Of a DNA stretch of 64,000 nucleotides, positions 1-9,204 are shown piece after piece (within the stretch, counting starts at the first letter, position 1; each line of letters begins with the position of its first letter). The DNA is from Chitinophagaceae bacterium (lineage in GTDB: Bacteria > Bacteroidota > Bacteroidia > Chitinophagales > REEL01), in assembly GCA_007695095.1 (NCBI GenBank), contig REEL01000088.1, forward strand, positions 44,551 through 108,550, given 5' to 3'. The position numbers were made by a program, and so were the translations under genes. The notes under the pieces were generated by a model. The model was not told where the DNA came from and did no database searches. It worked only from the letters and a program-made list of their open reading frames with translations.

Positions 1-417
1 CGGAACTCCCACATTAAATAGAATCTCATTATATGAAGCTATCGGCAATTCAAATGAGCCGGCAATATTGTCATTAGGGTCAATTAAAAATACCTTATCT
101 GAAAAATGAATGGTATCATTATTAGAAGACACAAACTTAAAATCAGATAAATAATACCGAAGAAAGGTAAACTTTACAAAACGTGCATCGAGCATATAAT
201 ATTCACGACCGTACTCAAATTTGTCATTATTAACAAAGTGGTGGAATTTAAGCTGTAGATTTATTAGGTTTTTATTCTCATCGTATATACAACAATCATC
301 ACAGGCACTACCTCCGGCAGGGTGAAAATTTTCAGCATCCGGGTCGTGGCAACTTTCTTTATTGCAAGCAGAAAGCAATACGAGTAAGATTAAAAAAAGG
401 AATGGACACTTATGCAT
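1..417 (-). CDS. Lipoprotein, N-terminal 139 codons only (gene runs off the left window edge); possibly MbnP-like
   Basis: Absent from the ORF track because there is no stop in the window. Manual reverse-complement translation from the ATG at 417 gives MHKCPFLFLILLVLLSACNKESCHDPDAENF..., open through position 1. It has a signal peptide with a lipobox-like LLSAC. The MbnP-like idea rests only on remembered patterns (LRYYLSDFKF, FNVGVP). Confidence 0.6.
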   Translation of the reverse strand, partial: MHKCPFLFLILLVLLSACNKESCHDPDAENFHPAGGSACDDCCIYDENKNLINLQLKFHHFVNNDKFEYGREYYMLDARFVKFTFLRYYLSDFKFVSSNNDTIHFSDKVFLIDPNDNIAGSFELPIASYNEILFNVGVP

Positions 418-516
418 AATAGCTTTATAAACTTTTGTAAAGTTAAGCATTATTCGTTTTCTGTAACATAAAGTTACAACATCATTTGCTTTTTACTTAT
501 TTGTAGCGCTGAGAGT

Positions 517-1028
517 TTCGCAAGACGCAAGAAAGAAAAATGGAAAAATTATGATGGAAAATATGCTTCGCAAGACCCAAGAGCCCAAATTCCAAGAATA
601 CCAAGACCCAAGGGAGAAAGTAGGCAGCGGTAGTAGGCACTATGAAAGACCCAAGCCCAAAGTAGACCAAGACCCAAATTCCAAGAACTCAAAAATTTAA
701 GGAGGGTAATTTTTTTGCGCACTCATAAAAGGGAAAACCTAAAAAATCCGTCATTATGAAATAATCCTTGAATAACCCGCAAGGTTTTTGTTTTTTCAAT
801 TGCATCTGAATTCACTAACAATAAAATTCATTATGAAAGTAAACCTTGCGGGTTTATCCCGGAACCAAGACCCAAGAGAGAGAAATGGAAAAATTATGAT
901 GGAAAATGCGCTTCGCAAGTCCCAAGAACCGAAATTCCAAGAAGACCAAGACCCAAATTACAAATTTCTAGAAAATCCAGTTTTATAGGGTGAAAATGGA
1001 AAATTGATGATGGAAAATGGAAAATGTG
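517..1028. repeat. Low-complexity intergenic repeat field (CCAAGACCCAA-like and ATGGAAAAT-like words) containing a 74-bp imperfect direct repeat (538-611 vs 883-956)
   Basis: Manual alignment of 538-611 with 883-956 gives 68/74 identical positions. The words ccaagacccaa and attccaagaa recur through 571-700 and 865-956. The atggaaaat words occur at 541-563, 886-908 and 985-1018. Confidence 0.8.
774..854. repeat. Perfect 14-bp inverted repeat AACCCGCAAGGTTT / AAACCTTGCGGGTT with a 53-nt spacer, lying between the two 74-bp direct repeats
   Basis: 774-787 is the exact reverse complement of 841-854. CATTATGAAA occurs 5' of both arms (752-761 and 829-838). Confidence 0.75.
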
Positions 1029-1029
1029 G

Positions 1030-1316
1030 GGGGAGCTCCCTGAAATCAGTTGTCACTCTTAGTGGCAGCGAAGAGTCTCTGTATTAATCTGGAGACCGCA
1101 TTCGCTCCGCGTCTCGCGAGCGTAAGTATTGAACAGCCTCCGGCTGGCATTCATTGTTCCATGGCTATTTCTTAAGTTAGATTTTTCATAATTTCAAGTC
1201 CGCTGACTTCGGCTCCGCTCAGCCACCTGTCTACCCATTAATTAACAGGTTCAATGGAAATACGGAAATGCTCCCTAACGTCAGCATGACAGAAAGAAGA
1301 ATGGCTTTTCTTTTTT
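1030..1316. repeat. GC-richer intergenic block of hairpin-prone words, ending in a 48-nt element shared with 24427-24474
   Basis: Visibly GC-richer than its flanks. Contains words such as gtcactcttagtggcagcgaagagtctc and ccgctgacttcggctccgctcagcc. 1268-1315 is the reverse complement of AAAAAGAAAAGCC-N10-CTGTCATGCTGACGTYAGG-N3-CAT, which is also present at 24427-24474. Confidence 0.65.
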
Positions 1317-1459
1317 ATTAAAAACCTTAAACTAAAAGTTTTTCCCCAATCAATAGACAAAGGATTCTCAAGGAAGTTAGTTGATTCATGTATATTGTCT
1401 AACTTTGGCTTTCAAAAAAGAGATTTCCGGACTCAGATATACTACAACCAAATCTAAAA

Positions 1460-1993
1460 ATGAAAAACAAAAAAATACTTGAGAATTTTAAAAAGACCAT
1501 TTTAACCTATGAACAAAAGTTAAACAGTCTTTCTGAGGAAGAGCTCCGCATTAAACCAAATGAAAATGAGTGGTCGGCAGGACAGGTATATTCACACGTG
1601 ATTATGGCTCATAATTTTTTGTTTATTAACAGCTTAAAAAAATGCCTGAGCGAAAAAGCAGAGGCTACTAAATTAGGGAAAAATACAAGCGGTAAACTTG
1701 TTTACTTTTTAGGCGGATTACCTCCGGGCAAATATAAAATGCCTAAATCAGTAGGGATGGAACCCCCTCAGCCCGAAAGTAAAGAACATATTTTCATGAT
1801 GCTGAAAAAAATGCAAGAATCCATGGAAGAACTGCTCCCGGATGTAGACACATCTGAAAAAGATAAGAAAGCAAAACACCCTGCCTTTGGAATGTTAAAT
1901 GCAAAAGAATGGTATCACGCAGCAGAAATGCATGCAAAACACCACCTTAAGCAAATTAAACGTATAGAAAAAGCAATTTCAAAAAAAGTTTAG
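1460..1993 (+). CDS. DinB-superfamily protein (four-helix-bundle metal-binding fold)
   Basis: 177-aa ORF with His residues spaced as in DinB_2-type proteins (SHVIMAHNF; EMHAKHHLKQI). The size is typical of the family. Confidence 0.65.
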   Translation: MKNKKILENFKKTILTYEQKLNSLSEEELRIKPNENEWSAGQVYSHVIMAHNFLFINSLKKCLSEKAEATKLGKNTSGKLVYFLGGLPPGKYKMPKSVGMEPPQPESKEHIFMMLKKMQESMEELLPDVDTSEKDKKAKHPAFGMLNAKEWYHAAEMHAKHHLKQIKRIEKAISKKV

Positions 1994-2012
1994 CTAATCC
2001 CTATTCTATCTA

Positions 2013-2855
2013 CTAAGGAATCCATTTAATATTTGAAAAGTCCGGTTTACGCTTTTCTAAAAATGCATTTCTGCCTTCTTTAGCTTCATCCGTCATATAA
2101 GCAAGTCGGGTAGCTTCTCCGGCAAAAACCTGCTGACCGACCATGCCGTCATCCGTTGCATTAAAAGCAAATTTTAACATCTTAATTGATGTAGGCGATT
2201 TTTGAAGAATCTCTCTGCCCCACTGATAAGCAGTGTCTTCTAATTCACTGTGAGGAATCACTGCATTCACCATGCCCATTTCAAAAGCTTCACGGGCAGA
2301 ATAATTTCTACCTAAAAAGAAAATCTCCCGGGCTCTTTTCTGGCCAACCATTTTTGCTAAATAAGCAGAACCATAACCCCCGTCAAAGCTGGTAACATCC
2401 GCATCTGTCTGCTTAAAAATAGCATGCTCTTCACTGGCCAGAGTAAGGTCACAAACCACATGAAGACTATGTCCTCCACCTACTGCCCAGCCGGGCACTA
2501 CAGCTATTACAACTTTTGGCATAAACCGAATCAATCGCTGAACTTCTAAAATATTTAAGCGAGGCATGCCATCTTCACCTACATATCCCTGATGACCTCT
2601 TACACTTTGATCCCCTCCACTGCAAAATGCATATTTTCCGTCTTTTTTTGAAGGTCCTTCTCCGCTAAATAACACCACCCCAATAGAAGTATCTTCCCTT
2701 GCATCTAAAAAAGCCTCAAACAATTCAGATACTGTCTTTGGCCTGAATGCATTTCTCAAATCCGGCCGGTTAAAGGCTATGCGGGCTACTCCATTACACT
2801 TTTTATAGGTAATGTCTTCGTAGTCTTTTACTTTTATCCAATCTGGTTTTTCCAT
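2013..2855 (-). CDS. menB: 1,4-dihydroxy-2-naphthoyl-CoA synthase
   Basis: 280 aa, colinear with the MenB sequence I remember: RPDLRNAFRP, FCSGGDQSVRG, VPGWAVGGGHSLHVVCDLTLAS, SFDGGYGSAYLA, EGRNAFLEKRKPDF. Confidence 0.95.
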   Translation of the reverse strand: MEKPDWIKVKDYEDITYKKCNGVARIAFNRPDLRNAFRPKTVSELFEAFLDAREDTSIGVVLFSGEGPSKKDGKYAFCSGGDQSVRGHQGYVGEDGMPRLNILEVQRLIRFMPKVVIAVVPGWAVGGGHSLHVVCDLTLASEEHAIFKQTDADVTSFDGGYGSAYLAKMVGQKRAREIFFLGRNYSAREAFEMGMVNAVIPHSELEDTAYQWGREILQKSPTSIKMLKFAFNATDDGMVGQQVFAGEATRLAYMTDEAKEGRNAFLEKRKPDFSNIKWIP

Positions 2856-3023
2856 TTTTTTTGCCGTGAAATTACAACTTTCAATGCATGCTTACCAAAA
2901 ATTATTATAAAAATCAGACTTTAACAAGACTTCCAAATTCGAATTTTTAAATAGAAGTGATTTAAAAGATTGCAAAAAACTGTCTGCATTTATCTCAAAG
3001 CTTACTTAATTTGCATTTATTAA

Positions 3024-3317
3024 TTGGTTTTAATTCAAATGATTGATAATTTAGAGCTTGTTTATTCATACTTAAATACATTTTATATGTTTTTGACACT
3101 ACTATCTAATTTAATCTTAACTATTGATATACTTTTTGCTCAAAGACCGGAAGGGATTCCTTATGATACCGGTCCCGTTGAGTTTTTAAGCTCTCCTTTT
3201 AATATAATTGTGTTTATTGTACTGCCCATTTTGCTAATCCTCTTTTATATATGGTGGATAAGAAAGAAAAAACAAGAGGCAAAAGAAGAGGAAGAAGAAA
3301 GAAAGAAAAATGAATAA
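3024..3317 (+). CDS. Small membrane protein with a Lys/Glu-rich tail; start uncertain (TTG 3024, ATG 3039 or ATG 3087)
   Basis: Hydrophobic N-terminal segment (MFLTLLSNLILTIDILFAQ), one clear TM helix (IIVFIVLPILLILFYIWW), then RKKKQEAKEEEEERKKNE. No family recognised. Confidence 0.5.
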   Translation: MVLIQMIDNLELVYSYLNTFYMFLTLLSNLILTIDILFAQRPEGIPYDTGPVEFLSSPFNIIVFIVLPILLILFYIWWIRKKKQEAKEEEEERKKNE

Positions 3318-3359
3318 TTTTTAACTAAAAAAAGATTTAAAACTCCCCGCTGAAATCAA

Positions 3360-3761
3360 ATGCTTATGAAGCAAATACTGACTTTTCTTTTCCTGACAAA
3401 TGCATTTTTTGTACTTTCAAATAATCCCGTTAACCTTTATGAACATGAGCCTTCAGAGTCATTTGACAACATTTACTCAAAAATGTTGTTTGGAGACAAT
3501 GAATTGGTTAATAGTTTTATAATTTACATAAATGAAAGCGTTCCGGAACATTTTCATCAATTTCACAGCGAACATGTGTTAATTATAGAAGGGAGTGGTA
3601 TTTTTAAGATTGATAATGAATTATTCCATGCAAAAGCAGGAGATTTGTTTTTTTTACCTAAAAAAGTATCGCACGGATTTACGGTAACAGAAGGACCAGT
3701 GAAAGCACTTTCAATACAAGCGCCTTATTTTGACGGGACTGACAGAATTTTAACAGAATAA
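3360..3761 (+). CDS. Cupin-domain protein with an N-terminal signal peptide
   Basis: 133 aa with cupin motifs HFHQFHSEHVLIIEGSG and AGDLFFLPKKVSHGF. Confidence 0.7.
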   Translation: MLMKQILTFLFLTNAFFVLSNNPVNLYEHEPSESFDNIYSKMLFGDNELVNSFIIYINESVPEHFHQFHSEHVLIIEGSGIFKIDNELFHAKAGDLFFLPKKVSHGFTVTEGPVKALSIQAPYFDGTDRILTE

Positions 3762-3775
3762 AAAATATTTTAACT

Positions 3776-4756
3776 ATGAATTACAATAGATTAGGCAATA
3801 GCGGATTATTAGTCAGTGAGTTATCCCTGGGTTCCTGGGTAACTTTTGGAAGTCAGGTCGATGATAAATTGGCCGATGAAATGATGTCATATGCCTACGA
3901 TAATGGGATTAACTTTTTTGATAATGCGGAAGTATATGCTCAGGGACAGTCAGAAATAGTGATGGGCAAAGTCTTAAAGAAAAAAAAGTGGGACAGAAGT
4001 ACTTATCTTGTTTCTAGTAAAGTTTTTTGGGGAGGTGACAAACCCAATCAAAAAGGTTTGAGCAGAAAGCACGTTACCGAAGGCTGTAATGCAGCTTTAA
4101 AAAGACTACAGGTCGATTATTTGGATTTATTTTATTGCCATCGTCCGGACAGGAATACTCCCATAGAAGAAACTGTATGGACCATGCATAATCTAATTTG
4201 CAGCGGTAAAATTCTTTACTGGGGCACCTCAGAGTGGTCTGCTCAGGAAATTACGGCTGCCCATGCTTTTGCCATGCGTAATAATTTGATTGGTCCTGTT
4301 ATGGAGCAACCTCAGTACAATATGTTTCACCGCGATAGAGTAGAGCTGGAATATAAAAGAGTTTATAAGGATTTTGGTTTGGGAACAACTATCTGGAGTC
4401 CTTTAGCCTCAGGACTTTTAACCGGAAAATACAATAAAAAAAGCGATGCAAAAAGTGGACGTTTAAATATGAAAGGTTACGAGTGGTTAAAAGAAAAAAC
4501 ACTAAATGAAGAAAAGCTTCAAAAAGTTGAAAAACTTCAAAAGTTGGCCAAAAAGCTAAATATCAGCCTTACACATCTGGCGCTTATCTGGTGTTTAAAA
4601 AATGAAAATGTAAGTACGGTAATTTTGGGGGCTTCAAAAATTGAACAACTCAAAGAAAATATGAATTGTCTGCAACATAAAGAAAAACTTACCGACAAAG
4701 TATTATTTTCAATAGAGGAAATACTGCAAAACAAACCTGAACAAGATTGGTTTTAA
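3776..4756 (+). CDS. Aldo/keto reductase (Kv-beta-subunit-like subgroup)
   Basis: 326 aa with GNSGLLVSELSLGSW, FFDNAEVYAQGQSE, DYLDLFYCHRPD, GTSEWSA and WSPLASGLLTGKY. Confidence 0.9.
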   Translation: MNYNRLGNSGLLVSELSLGSWVTFGSQVDDKLADEMMSYAYDNGINFFDNAEVYAQGQSEIVMGKVLKKKKWDRSTYLVSSKVFWGGDKPNQKGLSRKHVTEGCNAALKRLQVDYLDLFYCHRPDRNTPIEETVWTMHNLICSGKILYWGTSEWSAQEITAAHAFAMRNNLIGPVMEQPQYNMFHRDRVELEYKRVYKDFGLGTTIWSPLASGLLTGKYNKKSDAKSGRLNMKGYEWLKEKTLNEEKLQKVEKLQKLAKKLNISLTHLALIWCLKNENVSTVILGASKIEQLKENMNCLQHKEKLTDKVLFSIEEILQNKPEQDWF

Positions 4757-4806
4757 TGCCTTTTAATCTAAGTCTGTGTGAATGTATTTGCTCAAAAGTT
4801 TAAGCC

Positions 4807-7236
4807 ATGAATGTCGAAACGTGGTTTAAATCAAAGAGGTGGACTCCCCTGCCCTTTCAAGAAAATTGCTGGGACTCCTATGATAAATTTGATAATTGCT
4901 TACTAAACGCACCTACCGGCAGCGGAAAAACATATGCTGTATTTTGGGCGTGGTTAAGCAGCCATTTATCTAATCAAAATAAAATCAGTAATGATAAGGG
5001 ATTCAGGTTAATTTGGATAAGTCCTTTAAGAGCTCTATCACATGAAATAGAATTATCAATTCAGCAAGTGTTAACGGATTTGGAATTGCCCTATAAGGTA
5101 ATGTGCAGAACCGGTGACAGTAGTTCTGCCGAAAGACGTAAAATTCTAACTGACAGCCCTCAAATTTTAGTTACTACTCCTGAAAGCCTGCATTTAATGC
5201 TTTCTAACAAAAACAGCCGTAGCTTATTCAACAAGCTGGAATGTATAGTTGCAGATGAGTGGCACGAACTTATGGGGAGCAAAAGAGGCACTATGACAGA
5301 GCTTGCTTTTGCAAAATTAAAGGACATTCGTCCGAATATTAAGTGTTGGGGAATTTCTGCTACCATCGGCAATTTAGGAGAAGCTTTAGAAGTCTTAGCA
5401 GGAAACAATAAAGCAAAGAAAAATATAATCATACAGTCGGATATTAAGCGGGAAACGGAAATTATCTCTGTCTATCCTGACGAAGCGGAAGCATATCCAT
5501 CAGCCGGGCATTCAGGAATTAAACTGAGTCAAAAAGTCATTGATCTAATCCATCAGCATAAAACAACTCTTATCTTCACAAATACCCGTGCTCAGGCTGA
5601 AATTTGGTATCAGGAGCTTTTAAACAGGGATAAAAAGTTGATTGGCTTGATTGCTCTTCATCATGGAAGTTTGAGCCGCGAAGAAAGAAACTGGGTTGAA
5701 GAAGCTCTTCATAATGAGAAACTAAAAGCAGTAGTATGTACATCCAGTCTGGACTTGGGAGTAGATTTCAGACCGGTAGATAATGTGATTCAAACCGGCG
5801 GGCCTAAAGGGATTGCGCGTTTTCTTCAGCGGGCAGGCAGGAGTCGCCATCAACCATACCAAAAAGGAAAAATCTATTTTGTGCCTTCCAATAGTCTTGA
5901 GCTGATAGAAGCAGCAGCTCTCAGGTCTGCAATTAGTGAAATGAAAATAGAAAATAGAAATGTAGTTATTGAGCCCTATGATGTGTTGATGCAATTTTTA
6001 GTTACTCTCGGACTCAGCGAAGCTTTCAAAGCTGAAGAAGTTTATAAAATTGTTACCTCTGCTTATGCCTTTAAAAATCTTGATTTTGAAACGTTTAGGG
6101 AGATTATCTTTTATCTTGAAAAAGGCGGTAAAGTTTTAAATGAATATGATGAATACAAAAAACTGGAAAGAACTGCTGAAAATACTTATGCTATAAAAGA
6201 CAAAAGAGTAGCTATGAGACATCGCATGCAAATAGGTGTCATTACCGAAAACTCACATATAAAGATACGATTTTTAAAAGGCGGATATCTCGGAAGTGTA
6301 GAAGAAAACTTTATCAGCCAGCTGAAAGCGGGAGATATTTTCAGGTTTTCCGGCAGAAGCCTTGAATTTGTAAAAATCAAAAACATGGAAGCCTTTGTAA
6401 GAAATGCCGGAAATAAAAAAGGAGTAGTTCCCAGATGGGCCGGAGGCAGGATGCCTTTAAGCTCTCAATTAGCAGATTTTATCAGTTTTAAACTTGAAAA
6501 TTATAATAAGGGTGAAATAACAGACCCCGAAATAACCTTTTTAAAGCCTATATTGGAAAGACAAAAAAAGATTTCAGCCATTCCGTGCAAAAGTAGCTTT
6601 CTTATGGAATACTGCAAAACCAGAGAAGGTTTTCACCTTTTTGCCTATCCTTTTGAAGGTCGGATGGTACATGAGTCCATAGCTTTGTTGTTAGCCTGGA
6701 GAATCAGTCTGAAAAAAGCTATCAGCTTTTCGGTAGCCGTTAACGATTACGGATTGGAAATTTTATCTGATTTAGATTTTTATGAAATATTAGAAAGCAG
6801 TACCGATTTATTTTCAAGCTCTGACCTGACAGAAAACATGCAAAAAAGCATCAATGCTGCTGAAATTGCAAGAAGAAAATTTCGGTCTGTAGCTACTATT
6901 TGCGGCTGGCTTTTTAAAGGATACCCCGGAAAATCTAAAGCTACGAAACACCTTCAATCTTCCGCCTCTTTACTTTTTAATGTGTTTCATGATTATGACC
7001 CGGAAAATTTGATGCTAAAACAGGCTTATCGGGAAGCTTTTGATATACAAATTGAAGAAGATAGATTAAGGCAGGCTTTATTTCGAATTGAAAATATTCC
7101 TAATAAAATTGTGAAAATTAAAAAACCGGGTCCCTTTGCTTTTCCAATAATGGTTGACAGACTTAGAGAAAGTCTGAGCTCTGAAAAGCTGGAAGACCGT
7201 ATAGAAAAAATGAGAGTTAGTTTTGAAAAAAATTAG
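4807..7236 (+). CDS. Lhr-family DEXH-box helicase (resembles the ligase-associated DNA-damage-response helicase)
   Basis: 809 aa. Walker A APTGSGKT, DEXH box VADEWHEL, SAT motif ISATIGN, helicase-C motifs (FTNTRAQAE, TSSLDLGVDF, QRAGRSRH) and a long C-terminal DEAD-associated-like region. Confidence 0.85.
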   Translation: MNVETWFKSKRWTPLPFQENCWDSYDKFDNCLLNAPTGSGKTYAVFWAWLSSHLSNQNKISNDKGFRLIWISPLRALSHEIELSIQQVLTDLELPYKVMCRTGDSSSAERRKILTDSPQILVTTPESLHLMLSNKNSRSLFNKLECIVADEWHELMGSKRGTMTELAFAKLKDIRPNIKCWGISATIGNLGEALEVLAGNNKAKKNIIIQSDIKRETEIISVYPDEAEAYPSAGHSGIKLSQKVIDLIHQHKTTLIFTNTRAQAEIWYQELLNRDKKLIGLIALHHGSLSREERNWVEEALHNEKLKAVVCTSSLDLGVDFRPVDNVIQTGGPKGIARFLQRAGRSRHQPYQKGKIYFVPSNSLELIEAAALRSAISEMKIENRNVVIEPYDVLMQFLVTLGLSEAFKAEEVYKIVTSAYAFKNLDFETFREIIFYLEKGGKVLNEYDEYKKLERTAENTYAIKDKRVAMRHRMQIGVITENSHIKIRFLKGGYLGSVEENFISQLKAGDIFRFSGRSLEFVKIKNMEAFVRNAGNKKGVVPRWAGGRMPLSSQLADFISFKLENYNKGEITDPEITFLKPILERQKKISAIPCKSSFLMEYCKTREGFHLFAYPFEGRMVHESIALLLAWRISLKKAISFSVAVNDYGLEILSDLDFYEILESSTDLFSSSDLTENMQKSINAAEIARRKFRSVATICGWLFKGYPGKSKATKHLQSSASLLFNVFHDYDPENLMLKQAYREAFDIQIEEDRLRQALFRIENIPNKIVKIKKPGPFAFPIMVDRLRESLSSEKLEDRIEKMRVSFEKN

Positions 7237-7263
7237 CTGTTAAGTTGAGATATAACTGTTTTT

Positions 7264-8475
7264 TCAAATCAACTTATGGAGCATCCCGGCAAAAGTCAGT
7301 ATATCCGGCATAGTAAAAATCAACGGACTCTTTCTGTTTTCCAGGTTGAGTTGTATTGTATTATCTTCCAGGGAAATAGTAATGTCTAAAAGTCTGTTCA
7401 AAGAATAACTGCGACTGCCGTCTGATAAAATAAATATTCTCTGATTGGTCAAAAAGATTTTTCCTTCCATATCAATGTCATACCCGATTTCTCTATAAAT
7501 CACTCTGTCTTTTTGGTACTGCCTCAGTCTTTTTTCCTTGAGTAAACGCCCCTCTGATTCGTAATAGCATTCCTCCCCTTTTTTCAATTTCAATTCAGTT
7601 TGAATGACTTGCAGTTCGGAGTCAATAGTATCCCGTAATTTTATCATTGCCCGTATCATTTTCTTTTCTACAGCAATATCCTCATCCTTTAGATTCAGCG
7701 ATTGCTGTAGTTTAACAAGATGTTGCTCCTCTTCTTCAGATATCATGTGGTCTTGTATCACTTCATTCAGAAAAATTGAAAAAACAAATACTTTTATATC
7801 TTTTTTATCCTTTGATGGCAAAGAAAGTTTCTTTTCTGTTAGTTGTAAATCTTCAGCAGAAATAAAATCCGGATCTTCATAGTATATCAGATTAATTGTC
7901 TTGTAAACATTGAAATGCAGCCAGTACTTTGCATGAAAATAAATCTTTTTAGCACTTACTTCATCCAATACTTTTGAAATATCATCTCTGTTTTCAAGTT
8001 TTTCAACTATTGCTTTAAATGTTTTATTTGCATTCTCGGCATTTACATATAAAAAAATATATGCTCCCATGAAACCAATGGAAAGAAATAAAGTCACAAT
8101 TCCAAAGCCGGTTAAAAAAATCAACAAAAAAACAAGTGATAAGGCTAAAAGTGAAAATGATGCTCTTGGGATGGATGGTTCGGTCAGGACTTTCTGCTTT
8201 GATAAATCTAAAGAGACGTCATAAGTCAATCCGGTATCCACAAAAGTATTTACCTCTTGCCTTCCGTTTACTGTGCCCTCCTTACCGGACAAAAACTTTC
8301 CGCCTTTCACATATTCCCGATAGTACATCCCATGTCTTCCGCCGGCTACATAGGCTCCTTTAGGTCCAAGTCCAACCCTTGCTCCGGTAACCCCTGCCGA
8401 AACACCTAATCCCCCTTTGGACAGATTTAACCGGATGGGGCCAAATGAAAATGCTTTTCTTAAAAAAAATGACAT
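7264..8475 (-). CDS. Membrane protein: DUF4236-like Gly-rich N-terminus, two TM helices, helical middle region, PH-like C-terminus
   Basis: 403 aa. N-terminus FGPIRLNLSKGGLGVSAGVTGARVGLGPKG. Hydrophobic stretch LLALSLVFLLIFLTGFGIVTLFLSIGFMGAYIFLYV. C-terminus GKIFLTNQRIFILSDG resembles bacterial PH/GRAM-like domains. Confidence 0.7.
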   Translation of the reverse strand: MSFFLRKAFSFGPIRLNLSKGGLGVSAGVTGARVGLGPKGAYVAGGRHGMYYREYVKGGKFLSGKEGTVNGRQEVNTFVDTGLTYDVSLDLSKQKVLTEPSIPRASFSLLALSLVFLLIFLTGFGIVTLFLSIGFMGAYIFLYVNAENANKTFKAIVEKLENRDDISKVLDEVSAKKIYFHAKYWLHFNVYKTINLIYYEDPDFISAEDLQLTEKKLSLPSKDKKDIKVFVFSIFLNEVIQDHMISEEEEQHLVKLQQSLNLKDEDIAVEKKMIRAMIKLRDTIDSELQVIQTELKLKKGEECYYESEGRLLKEKRLRQYQKDRVIYREIGYDIDMEGKIFLTNQRIFILSDGSRSYSLNRLLDITISLEDNTIQLNLENRKSPLIFTMPDILTFAGMLHKLI

Positions 8476-8617
8476 AGAATCTAAATTTGTTTGAAATGCT
8501 TACAAAACTAATTAATTTGATTTCAGAACTAAATATTTAATATTTTTATACCAACTCAACTAAAATAACGGGCTGTTGTTTACATGCATATTTTACATAA
8601 AATAAATACTTTCGTAC

Positions 8618-9199
8618 ATGAAAAAGATAAAAACCCTGATTTTTACTTTCGTTTTAATACTGAATATTTCTATACATTCACCTTTAATTGGTAATAACAT
8701 GAATTCTGAACTAAATGAAACCTATTCCTTAAAAAGTTATTCTTCCTATAATCTTTGGGCAAATGAAGAAGTTGTTAAATGGATGAAAACAGCGACTGAA
8801 GAACAGTTGCACAAGGAAATTGAGTCCAGTTTTAATTCCCTGATAAAAACAACTTTGCACATGTGGTTTGCTGAACACGGTTGGTTATCGACTTTAAACA
8901 ACGAAAATTGGGGCCAACCGGAAAATCACAGTCCGGAAAGCTCATCAGCTGAGATTCTCAGAGGATTTATTGAAACCTCAAAGGCTTTTAAGACTTTTGT
9001 TCATGAATTAAATGAAGAGAATATGAATAAAACCTTAACAATCGGGCAAAATAAGAATACAGTGCATGTTCGAGATATAGTATTGCATGTATTTAATCAT
9101 GCTACTTATCACCGGGGACAAATTATTACTTTGGGAAGACAGGCAGGGCTTGAAAACCCACCAAGAACGGATTATATTTACTTTATCAATTTACGTTAA
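8618..9199 (+). CDS. DinB-family (damage-inducible-like) protein with signal peptide
   Basis: 193 aa with DinB-family motifs [19 protein letters not shown] and [13 protein letters not shown]. Confidence 0.8.
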   Translation: MKKIKTLIFTFVLILNISIHSPLIGNNMNSELNETYSLKSYSSYNLWANEEVVKWMKTATEEQLHKEIESSFNSLIKTTLHMWFAEHGWLSTLNNENWGQPENHSPESSSAEILRGFIETSKAFKTFVHELNEENMNKTLTIGQNKNTVHVRDIVLHVFNHATYHRGQIITLGRQAGLENPPRTDYIYFINLR

Positions 9200-9204
9200 A
9201 CTCA

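Noticed and set aside
788-988. Track ORF of 66 aa (MFFQLHLNSL...QDPNYKFLENPVL)
   Set aside because: It lies wholly inside the word-repeat field and spans the 14-bp hairpin arm and one 74-bp repeat copy. Its composition is dictated by the repeats, so there is no support for a real gene.
4807-7236. Lhr-type helicase as the core of an anti-phage defence system
   Set aside because: There are no adjacent nuclease, methylase, ligase or other defence-associated genes on the same strand, and the neighbours are metabolic. The evidence supports only an orphan repair-type helicase.
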